A stretch of 53,008 bases of DNA from Catajapyx aquilonaris. Its lineage: Eukaryota. Location of the stretch: NCBI GenBank assembly GCA_000934665.2, contig JYFJ02000876.1, forward strand, positions 62,001 to 115,008. The letters are read 5' to 3'. Positions 1 to 12,762 of the stretch are shown here, one piece after another. The translations under genes were made by a program, and so were the position numbers. The notes under the pieces are model-generated. The model worked only from the letters and a program-made list of their open reading frames with translations. It was not told the origin of the DNA and made no database searches. Each line of letters starts with the position of its first letter. The first letter of the stretch is position 1.

Positions 1-1392
1 ATGGTGCTGTAAACGCATTAGTCAACAGAGTTGCCGATTGTCGAGCTGTAACTGAAGTTGGAAAACTGTGAATTTCACCTGGTGAAAATTTGCTGGAAGT
101 CATGGATGTAGTTGAGGCTTCAGCATCTAATGTTGGGAACGAAGCTGAACGTGATGCGTCAACAAAATTAGGAGGGGAATCCTCAAATGTTGCTAGGGAT
201 GAACTTCTGGCCAATGCCAAAGTTGGGAATGACGTTGTATCTCCCAGCCCCAAGGCGTCCTCAAGTTCGGAGATGGGAATCACCATACTTTTTCTGGAAC
301 TCCGAGTGACAGGAGATACTTCGTCAGAGGAACTTGATTCCTTCTTGCGACTCTTCTTCCCTCCCTCCCTTCTAAACCTGCTTCCGCCCCTCCGCTTATC
401 ATCCTTTTTGAACCTGCTCTTACTATCGGAGCTACTCTCACTGCTAGAACTGGAACTAGACACTCTCTTCCGTCTTTTGCGCCCCTTGTCCCTACCTCTC
501 TTCTTCTCATCGTTATCTTCACCGCGTTTCTTCTTTTTTACAGGCTCGTCATCACTCGACTCACTCCCTCGCTTTTTGTGCTTCCGCTTATGGTGCCGTT
601 TCTTCTTCTTCTTGTGACGGGACTTGTCCTTTTCAAAGGGAGGATCAGCATTGAAAGCACTGAACAGTTCAGAAAGGATCTCATTTGATGACTTCTGTAG
701 CGCTTCATCTACAGCCTCTTCTACTTTGACAAGCTTATCCTTTGGCTTTTCCTTCACATTGCTTTCACTTTCAGACATCACTACACTGGAACCCGACGCT
801 TCATCATTGCGGCCATTAGCATCTGAAGAGAAAGGCAAAATTTTAGAACTTTCATCGCAAATATATTACAATAATATACTACCGCCCAATTAATAGCTCC
901 TGGTAATACACATAAAATGTTAGAATAACTCCATGTTAGTGTACTGACTTCCCGACAGGAATCCGTAAGTTGAGATGCACGCACTAAAAGCAGCTCTCAA
1001 GGACACTTATTACCCAGTTGTTTGCCACTCTGTACGTTCCATTATTTGCATGGCAATCAGCATGGCCTTATCTCCCAACCTAGTTTATGGCCATATTGCC
1101 CTGAATTCTTCCCTATACATACAATGCACCCCATTTACTCCAAATACTGGCCGGATCGTAACGATTAACGCAAAAATGTGTACGTTCAGTTTCCTATTCC
1201 AGGTCGCTGCATATTTGTTAATTTTTTTTTTACTTGTACTGTACTCTATTGGGGTCAACTGCAGCTTCATACGCTGATTAACTGTTCTTAATTGCTCTGA
1301 ATTTCTCTTAAAGCCTTGTCATTCTGCCACCAACCATTGGTGTTACCCTCCGCTTGTGCCGCCGCCTCACTGGTCTGCTCCTCCTGGCTCAT
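1..1392 (-). CDS. Son: SON-like nuclear speckle/splicing protein, 5' part only (runs off window start)
   Basis: Exon 1 1392-1347 (MSQEEQTSEAAAQAE+G, GT donor). Exon 2 runs from 822 to the window edge after a ctcttcag acceptor, phase-1 compatible and open throughout. It encodes KSSNEILSELFSAFNADPP followed by a Lys/Arg/Ser-rich tract (KKKKKRHHKRKHKK...SSSSSSSESSSDS), which resembles the insect SON N-terminus as I recall it. The G-patch/DSRM domains would lie outside the window. Confidence 0.6.
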
Positions 1393-1662
1393 TGTCCAGT
1401 CGTCCTGCTCCGGGTGCGGACCATCTCCGGGGACGCCACAGGAAGACGGGGGGCAACAACAAGGCCCGATCGATTTATTCCAGACCACTCGAACGTCTGA
1501 CCGACATTTTCCTTCTCTTCAATCAGAACATGGAGGGTCGTTTGTAGCCTAGCAGTTGCCCTGCTGTTTATAAGCGGCTACGTTGTGACGTCACGATTCA
1601 AGATGGCAGCCTTCTGAGGATTTTATTTTTTGAAAGGATTTGAAGGATTTTGAAGTGAAAAA
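1393..1662. promoter_or_regulatory. Bidirectional promoter Son / mRpS9
   Basis: Divergent start codons 270 bp apart. Palindromic CRE GTGACGTCAC at 1585-1594 and YY1-type AAGATGGC at 1600-1607. Confidence 0.6.
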
Positions 1663-4600
1663 ATGAGTGTTTTGGTGGGTCGGATTGGCGTTTTGAGGAT
1701 GAATTTGCGGATGGGGATGGATGGGGTGCGGAGGGCGGGTGTCAGCACGTGTGGTGTGTCGTGCCAGCAGCAGAATAAGGATGCGGGTCAGGAGAAGGAA
1801 AGGAAGATCAACAAGGCCATGAGGTCGTACCTGGAGAGAGCCACAGACCATGGTATACCTGATTTCTTTTTTTTTAAACAAACAAACAAACAAACAAACA
1901 ACAACAACAACAAAAATCATTAAAAAATGTGTGCTTTGCAAAATGTACATGTGATGAGAAAATGCTGAATATTTTTTTGGCACATTCTTCGTATGTGGGC
2001 TGCTGATTCTAAATGGCAGCAATTTCATTTCCCCAGATAATTTTATGAAGAAGCAAGTCGCAGAGTTCCAGATTGGGAAGCGGCATTTGGCCAACATGAT
2101 GGGTGAAAATCCGGAGACTTTTACTCAGGAGGACATTGATGTAAGATGTTCTTCGTAAAAAAAAAAAAACAGTTATTGACAGTTCAAATGTCATAGTACA
2201 TTGTAGACAGAAATATTCTTCTGATTTTCTTTTTCTTTCTACAACTTCTTACAGTGTGCCATTTATCATAACTTCCAAAAATAAATCAATTCGAAGACAA
2301 TTTTGAAAACGTATGGTTTCTCTGGACTTTGATAATATTATTTTTGGCTTTTTTTTAGATGGCAATTAGATACTTATTCCCATCTGGAGTGTATGATAAA
2401 GCAGCCAGACCCATGATGAGGCCACCAGAAGAGATTTTTCCTCAACGGAAAGCAGCTGAGTTTGATGAACAAGGCCGACCTCGCCACTACCTATTTTACA
2501 CCGGACGACCTGGATATTATGAAGTGCTACATGTGAGAAACAATAAGTAATTATGAGGAGGTCATATAAATACGTGTTTTATTTCTATGCAGAATGCTGT
2601 GGTATACATGAAAGAACTTGATACTTACGAGGATGAAATGATCAGAAAAGGTCAGCAGCCGGAAGGAAGACTGTAAGTAAAACCTCTGTTGAATATTGTC
2701 AATGAATACCGCACTTAAAGCTTTATAATAGTGGCATATACACGTTTTCGAAATATGGCGAGTAATTGGCAGGATGACAATGCTTGTTTAAAATTAATCC
2801 CAAATATGAATTTTAATTTGCAGTGATCTCACTGGAAGTGACTGGTTGAAGCAAGATCAGTTTGAAAAAACCATCTTAGAGACCTTGAAAGAACAACACG
2901 TAAGCATAATTCAATCAGGTTCACTTACCTCACTCTCTAAGAGCAGCACAGTGACTAATAATTTGTTATAGTACAAGCAATTCGTGATGACAATGGAACG
3001 ACTGAGCGAACATCCGTATGCCTATCGAGTGAAAGACTTCATTTTTAAGTACAGGAAGCCTTTTTTGATTCATAACAAATCTATATCAATTCCAGAGGTG
3101 AGCAGCATTTATGTGATTAATAGCTGTGATTATTATTATTATTATCCAGTGTATCATCTGTTATAATTATATTAACCTTTTCAGCCAGTGAAAGATGAGA
3201 CAGGCAGGCTTACGGTTAAGTCAAAAGGTAAATATAATCAGTATGCAAATGGTGATAATGCAAATTGATACGGACACGTTTTGTTTTGGTTGATTTTCAG
3301 GTAATCGAAAAAAGGCAATGTCAGAGACCACCGTTTGGAGTCCGGGCACTGGGAAAATAAAAATAAATGGACAAGACCTGAGTTACTTTGAGGACGTACA
3401 ATCTCGTGAGCAGGTAGGAATTCATAGCAATGTTTTTCATCTGCATGGAGCAAGAGCAACAAAGTCAAGTTTCATTCGGATTTTATAATCCACTTTCAAA
3501 AAAGAAGTCAATTTAAGGTGCTACTTTTATGTCGGGGTTTCAAAAAAAAAATGTAAGAATGTTGGACTTGGATGGAAATGGTAAATGCAAAAGTGGCATT
3601 CCAAGAAGATATTGGGTGTGAATCCATCAAAAAAAAAGGCCTGATTTTTTATTGTAACTAAAAATCCGCTCCGTGATTACAGAAAAAAACAACTATTACG
3701 CCAGTTGAAATTTTACGGCCTATATATCAATACGTTAAGAAACCTTGACGGTTCTATTCGATTTTACGAACAAGGCTGGTGCCATTCTCTGCTTCCTCAC
3801 CTTGCTTCTCTTCCTTTCTCTCATTGGGAGAAGCTATCGCTAACTTGTAAGAAAAGATGGAGCGAAAGGGTCTTCTTCTTGAGGTGTTACGCAAGCCACT
3901 GGCGGGTCACACTTCTACATAAACATTGGTGAAAGTTATTCGGTTGATTCACCTCATTTCACTGTTCATTGAGTCGTATTCTGTTTGACAATTGTGATGA
4001 TCAAGAAACTATAGTCGAGAGGGATCTATATAACAAAGAGATCTATAACAAAACAAGTCTCGCATGAGGAAGAATAACACTTTGACCAAATTAAATAGGA
4101 CAGCACTGGAATGTTCGGAACGACTTTTTACATCCTGATATTACAACCCATGTAATTGACCCACTTTGGACATGAAGAATGTGACATGTAGTTGTTTTAT
4201 TGCAGCAAGTACAGTAGGTTTAATTCACACAATAGTGCCAATGCATTCAATTGATGACAATGGAATGTAATGACAGTAAGGCATGACCCAATTAATAATT
4301 TCAGCAAAATGGAGGCTAATTATAAATTGGCCTCAACTTCCTCCTCCTGTCACTTCGTAGCAATGTGCTAACTCACCCATATGTCCCTCAAATGTTTGAC
4401 GTCAGCAACTGCTTCATAACAGCCGACACTGTTGAAGGAGTTTGAATTGAATATATCACTTATTTGATTAACCTAATGTCAACATTTGCACTTACATAAA
4501 TGCATATTATTGGCAGTACGCAGGACAATGTATTGCGAACTACTATTCACTGACGCAGAGAGCTTCAGACAATAGCATCTCAATTGTCACATTCTGATTG

Positions 4601-7600
4601 AATCTAGTTGTTACTGGAAATTGACAGTTCGACTCAATGCAACTATGAATTTTAATAACCTGCATAATTTTGTGAAGGCTCATTAGTTGCTCCTAACGCA
4701 CGCAATAAACTTAAACGCTGCAAGGCCATCCGATACTCAAAACGTGTCAAGGCAAATGACCACATAACATCAATATCTATCCGATAGGTGCATGTCTTTT
4801 TTGGTACTTTCGTACTTGTACCCAGATCGGCCTTAAAACAAACAACGTATTAAATCTACAAAAAAAGACACCAATTGTCCTTGGTCACCAGACCAAAACA
4901 TGTCTCTCTAACCTGTCAGGGGTCATCTACATAATTATGTACCATCATCGTCGCCCTCATTCGCAACTTTTTTTGCATGTGAGTTGGGTGTACCGTACTT
5001 TCCCTTGCTTAAAGGTAAAAAAAAAAAATAAGGAGAAGGAAGCAAAAAAACAAGGTCGTGCAGAGGGAAGGTAGGTTTGTTTGCAGATTTTTGTGCAGTT
5101 GCTCGACCGGTTGTTTCGCGAATGGACGGTTCCCTTTGGTGGCTCTGAGAAGATGAGAATTGCTGACGTGACATTGAAGACTAACGTTGTGTGAAGCAGC
5201 TTTACAAGATGCCTGCGGATATTAGAAGGTGAGGTTGCTATCTAGAGATTTTAATGCTAGAACGTGGCGGATTTACGTAGTGGGGAATTTTCGCAATAAT
5301 TTACCTAAGTGCCTGAGGCTATGGGGGGGAAAATGCGTAAGTTGATTTTTGCACACTTTGTTAGCCAGGGAGTTTCCCCTTCTGATGGGCTATGACGCAT
5401 TGCAAAAATGGACCTGCGTGTTTCAGCGAAAATTTACGAGCCATTTTTGCATTCGCGATTGTACTTTGCGCACAGACGGGCTTATCAGGATGCTGGTTTT
5501 TATCAAGTAGGTTCTGTAATAAGCATAAAAATAGACTTTGCAATTGATGGCAATATGGTCATCTGCTAATTTGGTCTCATTTCTTGCAAAAAAAATGGTG
5601 GAAAATTACAGTTTGCGGAATTGTGGGGATCAAAAATATTCTGGTCTTTGTACAGCTACTTGTATGGAAGCAAATTAGCGCAAAATTTCCGATTACGTTA
5701 TACATAATCTGCAATTTCTTCCTGAAATTGTGTTACTACATGTTATAAAATACAAGCCATTTAATTACGTAATTGCAAATTTCAGAATTGTGAAGAGTTG
5801 AAATCAGCGTTTAATTTATGATTATTTTTTCAACCGTTTCAATTATTTTATGACACAATTATTACATTGTTTAGTGTCATAATTGAAAGTTGCAGAATTG
5901 CACTTTAAAGTCATTATTTGTTTACACAGTGTTTATCTATGAACTATAATTGGGTTTTTGCAAGAAATGATAGCAATCAAAGCTGTTTTCTTGTAAAAAA
6001 ATTTTTTAGAAAATTAATAAGCCAAAATAGCAATGCATTATACTAATTTAAATTTAGCAGAATATGATGCTCTCAGCTGTAGAATGTCACATTTTTTTTG
6101 AGTGACGTTTCAAACGTTTTGCAACCGCAAAATAACACTTTTTGTGTTCACCGCCTTCAATTAAATACTGATAAAAAAAATTGTGTTATGCTTCGATGAT
6201 CTGATTTGTTTGTGCAACCAGGAACTAGTGGTTAAAAATGTCGCTGTAGCCTTCCTCAGTCAGGAAGTTTAGTCATGGCCATATGTTGACACACTCATTA
6301 ATGACACCGTAATAATTTCAGAGACAGCACATCAAGCGAGATGGATAAGCGGGTCCGATCACAGCGACGCAGCAGCACCGTCAGGCGGGGTTTGTCCAGG
6401 TTTGGTTCTTCGATCCGCAATGTGGCACCTAACAGTCTTCGGAGGAAGTGGCGCCAGCTTTGGAAGGATGAAGTGGACGAGGAGGATGTGGAAAAAGCAC
6501 CTGAAACTAACACCCATACGCTTCCAATTTGGAACTCGGTTGATGGCTTGTCTTCTGAGACTGCGTCGTATGGACCTGCAACTTTTCACTCACAACTGAT
6601 GAGCTTGGACGAGTCTCTTCGAGCACCATTACGTGTTGTGAATGTGACGGAAGCGCAGTCAACACTTACCGAAATGCTGACATCACGGGGAGGTAACACC
6701 GAAGCGTTACGTTTGATCCAACAAGGTGGCGATGTCGTAGATGGACACACTGACTATGAACGCAATGTGTTGATGCTGCAGGCTGCTTTAAGCGGCAGAC
6801 CAGACTTGTTACATGCATTGTTAAACCATGGAGCTGACTTGGAGTTTGCGGATAGTAATGGAATGTGTGCTGTCCACATGGCAGCATTGTCCGGCTCATT
6901 TGAGTGCACTCGTATTGTTACAACTCTACAGCCACAACCTGTCGATACTTGCCAAACTACTCCGCTACATTGTGCAGTGTGGGCTAGATCCGAGCCGGTG
7001 TTAACTCATCTGTGCCACATATACACTATACCCGGTGATTTAGTGCACACGGCAGTACGTGCCAATGCCCTCAAGTGCCTACATTTCCTACTGAAGCAAG
7101 AGGGAGTGGACGTGGATGTATGTGACTCAACAGGAGAGATCCCGCTCAACATTGCGGCCGACACAGGCCACTTGGACGCACTCCAGATCCTACTAGACGC
7201 AGGTGCTCAGTTGCATCTGAGGACATGTGCAGATGAGGCTACTGCTTTGCACTTGGCAGCTGAAGGCGGACATGTGGAATGTGTCCGGAAGCTTTTGGCT
7301 GGTGGAGCTCACCCGCAGGTACTTGTGTAAAATTACTTGGCGTACAGTACTGAACTGACGAACTGTGTTAATTTCGCAGGTTCCAAATTACCGTGGGCAG
7401 ACCCCGCTACATCTGGCCGCCCGTATGGAAGCTGTCGATTGCGTGGAGGTCCTCCTTGACGCAGGTGTTGACCCAAACGTGGTGGACCAGGATGGACGCA
7501 CGCCTCTGCACAATGCCTTGGCTCGCGAGTGCCATTCATATGATGTGGTCAATTTGCTTATGAATCGTGGTGCAAATGTCAATCAGCAGGACCAGTATGG

Positions 7601-10017
7601 GTACACAGCATTGCATTTAGCCGCTCTCAATGAACTCAACCCTGTTGTTGACCTGTTGTTGCGGTCAGGAGCCGACATATCACTGCGCAACAGTGCTGGG
7701 ACCAGCGGACTGACCATGATTGTTAACAAGACACCGGCTTCTTTGGCGACAATACGCGAACGGCTAAATGGATCCATTTCTATATATGATCCGGAGACAC
7801 GCAATCAGGAGGTTGAATTGAAGTTTGATTTCCACGCGTTAGTGCCACATGGACGTCGGGGTGAGATTTGCTTGTTTAAAACCATGGTTGCAGACGGACA
7901 GAAGGATTTCTTGAAGCATCCACTCTGCCGTGCTTTCCTGTTTCTCAAATGGCGCAAAGTGCAGAAGTACTTCTATGCACGGATCCTTTTCTGTAGTGTG
8001 TTCATTGCTTTTCTAACGCTCTTCGTACTCTCCGCTCATGCTCGTTGCGAGGCAGTTGATGACATAGGTGGCGAAAAGGGTTGTGATGATTTTGTTCCAA
8101 TGGTTGCCGAACCTCTACATTATGTGTATTCGTACATTTTAATGTTCCTAGCCTTTTTGCACATTGCGAAGGAGGTGTATTTGATATTAGTTGCGCCAAG
8201 TTGGAAAAGCTACGTGTGCGATATTGAGCATGTACTGTTTTGGACTATGATTTTGTCCGTGTTTCTGATGACGCCAGTTTACACGCAAAGGGTCGAGCCG
8301 TGGCAACGGTATGTTGGAGCTGTGTCTGTGCTGTTAGCATGGGCATATTTTATGTTGTTGGTAGGACAGCTGCCGATATTTGGCATGTATGTGCAGATGT
8401 TCAGCACAGTGCTCAAAGATCTTTTCCGCATACTTGTAGTGTATGTACTTCTGTTGCTGGGGTTTACATTCAGCCTGAGCGTGCTGTACGCCCAGTACAC
8501 TGCATTTCGTGACGTTTGGGGCTCCTTTGTGAAAGTCGTTGGCATGATGATTGGTGAGATTGAATTCAGCAATCTCGTAGATAGCGACAGTAACAGTGTG
8601 TACTTCCGATTTGTAGCTCACAGCATCATACTTGTTCTGATGGTGCTAGTTACGATTGTGCTCATGAACCTCATGATCGGCATGGCTGTTCGTGACATCC
8701 AAGAGCTTGAAGCCACCGCTGGTTTGCTTCGACTGGTGCAAGTCACCGATCTTGTTGGATACATGGAATCTATGTTTTTGTCCCCTTACTGGAAGTACCT
8801 GCCAACCTGGTTCCAATCCATGTTGGAACGTAACTTGCTCCTTTCACCCGCCAGCTACAGATGGGTCTTCATAGTTCGGCCGTTAGACATGAGGGACACA
8901 CGGCTTCCAAGAGACATTGTGACTGAAGCATACCAACTGGCATTAAGCGAGAAGCATGCCCTGCAGATGCATCGCAAAGTGTCGCGATTCCTCTCAAACA
9001 CTTCGTTTCTGACCGGAGAAGGCGACATGAACTACAGTCAGACTGCTATCGTAATTGATGGCATCGTCACCTCTGCAATGGACAAGAGATTTGGACCCTT
9101 GGAGGACAACATTCGGACACAGATACAAGAACTGACTACTGCCATTCAAAGTTGCCAGAATGCTCTCGTGGACATTAGCGCAAAAATGAACACGGAGAGC
9201 GTCCCACTGGCTGTGGAAAGCGAGTGCTAAACGTGTAATGAACAGGTGCAATTAATAAAAAAGAGTTCGTAACAACAAGGAATATATATTTGTAATAATG
9301 GAGCTGATATCCATTGTTTGTAGCATAAAGTAATTCAAATATGAAAACGACTGTATCGTACGCTGCCATTCATCCATATTCAAATGTGCTAAATATGTAC
9401 CCTTTTGCAATAAATGTTTTTGTAATATTAAACCCTTTCTCATTAACCGTGCAATTAAAGTGAATATTACAGATTTCGGTGTAGTTATGTACCTGAACAT
9501 GTCAGTGTGCAGGGAAGTATGTGATCTACTTTTGATCAGGTGTAAATATTAGCAAAGCAACTAATTACGAAGAAGCACTGCTTGTGCCACATTTTACGTT
9601 GTTATGAGCAGAAGAATGTGACATCTGGACATTAATTTTGTGCCTATTTACAGCTTTCATGTCGTTATTTTTTAAATTGTGAATCATTGTTTTCTTGCAG
9701 GTCATGTTCCCACTGCAGTTCACCGACCTGCTTGGCAAGGTTGATTTTGAATCTACAGTGACAGGTGGAGGTCATTCAGGTCAAGCTGGAGCAATCAGAT
9801 TCTCCTTGTCGCTATGCTTGCAAAGCTTTGTAGAACCCGACGTGGTCGAAAAGATGAGACTTGGTGGGTCAGTTTGGTAAAGTGGTTTTCAGATCTTACA
9901 TTTACGCCTTTTTTATATATTCCAGCTGGCCTCTTGCAGCGTGACTTCCGGATTAGAGAGAGAATGAAGCCGGGGCAGGCAGGAGCTCGAAAGAAATACA
10001 CTTGGAAGAAGCGTTAA
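1663..10017 (+). CDS. mRpS9: Mitochondrial 28S ribosomal protein S9 (uS9m), 10 exons
   Basis: Exons 1663-1852, 2037-2140, 2359-2532, 2593-2672, 2824-2899, 2972-3097, 3185-3227, 3301-3413, 9701-9863, 9926-10017; all GT-AG and phase-consistent. Arg-rich presequence, [31 protein letters not shown] and C-terminal [20 protein letters not shown] are typical of uS9m. AATAAA at 10052-10057. Confidence 0.95.
5209..9230 (+). CDS. wtrw: TRPA-family cation channel, water witch/pyrexia class (~955 aa), nested in mRpS9 intron 8
   Basis: Exons 5209-5228 (MPADIR.., donor AG|GTGAG), 6322-7318, 7380-9230 join in frame. N-terminal ankyrin repeats ([29 protein letters not shown]), pre-S1 EVELKFDF...[17 protein letters not shown], six hydrophobic segments, pore GMMIGE, S6 [15 protein letters not shown]. 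The linker looks closest to Wtrw; the exact subfamily is unverified. AATAAA at 9254 and 9409. Confidence 0.9.
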
Positions 10018-10104
10018 CTCTCTTTCATTTGTAGCAAACTTTGTACAGAAAAATAAAAACAGTTCACCTGACTACCAATGTACAAAATAAGACCACATCC
10101 AGCA

Positions 10105-12762
10105 TCACATCTCCTCAAGAGGACGGAGGCCCAGGATGTTCATCCCGGCCCTCAAGGTCAGATGGGCTGCATGGAACAGCAGCCTCCGTGGCTCTGCTAC
10201 CTCCGCAGGCTGGCCTTTGACGGGAAGCACCTTCAAAGCAGTGTTGACGCTGTGACTGTAAAGTAAATGGTACGATGTGGAAAACACGTGGTTACACATA
10301 TGACAAGTCCTGCACCTGATGCCACATTATCGAGGGTTGATTGCCCTTCCTAAATTGACAATCACACTATTTCAAACACGCACCTGAGCTGGAAGAGGTA
10401 CTGCACCATAAGGCACGGCTCGAGCTCGATCCTACAAGCGGCAACCACCTCCTCAAAGCGTGCAATTTCTCCAATCAGGTACATGGCCTCCCTTTCCTTC
10501 AAGGGAAGGATGGAGCAATCAGGAACCAAGTCCACTCCGCAGTTGTGCGCCAGGCTGCCCAATCGGCACTGAGTGTACTGCAGGCGGACGCCAGAGTAGG
10601 CCGAGTTCTCCATAACCTTCTCCCAGTCGAATGTGTAATCACGCTGGCGACGCTGTTTCATGTCGTTCACCAGGATCGAAGTGACGGCCAGAATTTCAGC
10701 AGTCTCGTCTGCGTAAGACCGTGTGGCTGAAAAGTAGCACAAAGATATAAGTAACGTTCATGAGCAGCTTTTCACGACAGACTCACTGGGACTGGCTTTC
10801 TGCTTAGCCATTACAATCTCCTTGGCCTCGTCAATCACATCTTTGAGCAGAACTGCACTCCCCTTTCTTGTGCTCATCCCCAAGATGCGGCCGAACTTCA
10901 CGTGATGCATCCCTGCCGCACACTCCTCTCCCATCTTCTCTACCAGGCGGAAAAGGGCTCGCAGGTGGTCCGACTGGGCATTGTCCACTACGTAGTACAA
11001 CTTGTCGAACTGGTACCGCTTGTACCGGTCAATAGCTGCGGCCAGGTCACGGGTTAGGTACAGGGTGGATCCGTCACTCTTCACTAGAGTTACCTGTTGA
11101 AGACAATGAGTTAAAATTTTTATCTGGAATACCTGAGTGATACAGACCTGTCTTCCTGGCTCCGTGTTGACAACCTCTCGGCCATCAGGAAGCTTGTGTA
11201 AGATGTACATCTGTCTCAAACTCTCCAGCAGAGGTGTCACTTCGCTCGCTGGATACATGGACTCTCCGTGGTACTCATCAAAGTTGACGCCCAGACGTTG
11301 GTACGTTGCATCGAGCTCCTTAATGGTGAAGTCTCTGAACTGTTTCCACTGCTCCATCTCGCTACTCCCGCCTGTTTCCAAGCGATGGAAAGCCTCACGT
11401 GCTTCACCTGCCACGCGAGGGTCAGCCTCGGCGTCCTTGTTGGCCTGGACGTATATCTCAGACAAGCGTGACATCGGATCTGCAGCAATGGCATCCTGAC
11501 TGACCCCCGACCTTTTGACCCCAACATTGAGCAACCCAAACTGCGTGCCCCAGTCGCCCAGGAAGTTCAGACGTGTCACTCTATTTCCAACTGCCTCATT
11601 CAAGTTCGCCACAAAATTCCCGATGATTGTCGATCGCAAGTGACCAACATGGAATGGCTTAGCGATGTTCGGTGAGCTAAACTCGACCACAACCCGCTCT
11701 TCCTTGAAGTCGTCAAACAGCACGCTCCTCTTCCAAAACTCCGGTTCAGCCATAACCTCATCCAAGACTAGCCTGGTGAACTGATGCTTATCAACTCCAA
11801 AGTGTAGCCGCTGCATCTTCTTCTCACCTTCGCCCACGGTCGACACGCTGGGTATGACCGGATCCGTTCCAAACCTCAAGATGATATCTGACGTCGCATG
11901 GACCCCACCAGTCGGCAGCCGGCTCACAGGCAAGTGAAGATCAAACTTCGACTCAGACTGTGGCTTCGGGTCAACCGATATAAACGGCAGGAGCGACTGC
12001 GGAGTCAGCTTCCCCGCAGTCAATCCCAACTCATTAATCGCATTCACAACCTGTAATCATTAATGTTATTAATTACGTCGGCCAAGACGTCAGCTGTCTG
12101 TACTCTTAACTCTATTAAGTACTTATACTATGTATTAGTAATGTTCATAAGTGTCTTATTTACTCTATTAAGTACTCCATTTCATCGATTAGGTACGCTA
12201 TTAAATTTATTTACATGATTAAGTACTCTTATTTACATGATTAAGTACTCTTATTTACATGATTAAGTGCTCTAATTTATTTACATGATTAAGTACTCTA
12301 ATTTATTTACATGATGAAGTACTCTAATTTATTTACATGATTAAGTACTCTAATTTATTTAATTTATTTACTCTATTAAGTACTCCATTTCCTCGATTAG
12401 GTACTCTATTAAATTTATTTACATGATTAAGTATTCTAATTTATTTTTCTTGATTAAGTACTCTATTTACTTTCTTTACTTGATTAAGTACTCTATTTAC
12501 TTTCTTTACTATATTAAGTACTCCATTTAATTTATTTACTCTATTAAGTACTGTACTAAGCATTAGTAATGTCCATAAGTTTCTTAACCTGCAAATAATC
12601 TATTTTAAAAATCTATTATCCCGGCAGTATTAAATGTTCTGTACTGTTAACTCAAGTACTGCTAACCCCAATTAAAGTACTGTGCTGTTCTAAGTATGAG
12701 TAACGTTCTGAAGTTTCTTAACCAACCTTTGAAGCCACCAAAGTCCTAATTTTGGACGCCAT
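10105..12762 (-). CDS. RARS2: Mitochondrial arginine--tRNA ligase, 5 exons
   Basis: Exons 12762-12727 (MASKIRTLVASK), 12050-11148, 11093-10787, 10726-10384, 10255-10105. Contains VEFSSPNIAKPFHVGHLRSTIIGN (HIGH motif), GDWGTQFG, KSDGSTLYLTRD, GMSTRKG and the C-terminal MNILGLRPLEEM of ArgRS. Confidence 0.93.
12110..12570. repeat. AT-rich minisatellite (~22-27 bp unit, ATTTACATGATTAAGTACTCT) in RARS2 intron 1
   Basis: Many degenerate copies of (T/G)ATTAAGTACTC, most preceded by TTTATTTACATG or TTTACTC. Confidence 0.85.

Noticed and set aside
90..893. Plus-strand Ser/Leu/Phe-rich ORFs (175 and 89 aa)
   Set aside because: Antisense shadows of the Lys/Arg/Glu-rich SON-like exon on the minus strand.
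6301..6312. ATGACACCGTAA mini-ORF upstream of TRPA M6341
   Set aside because: Falls inside the predicted intron (acceptor at 6321), so it is not a uORF under this model.
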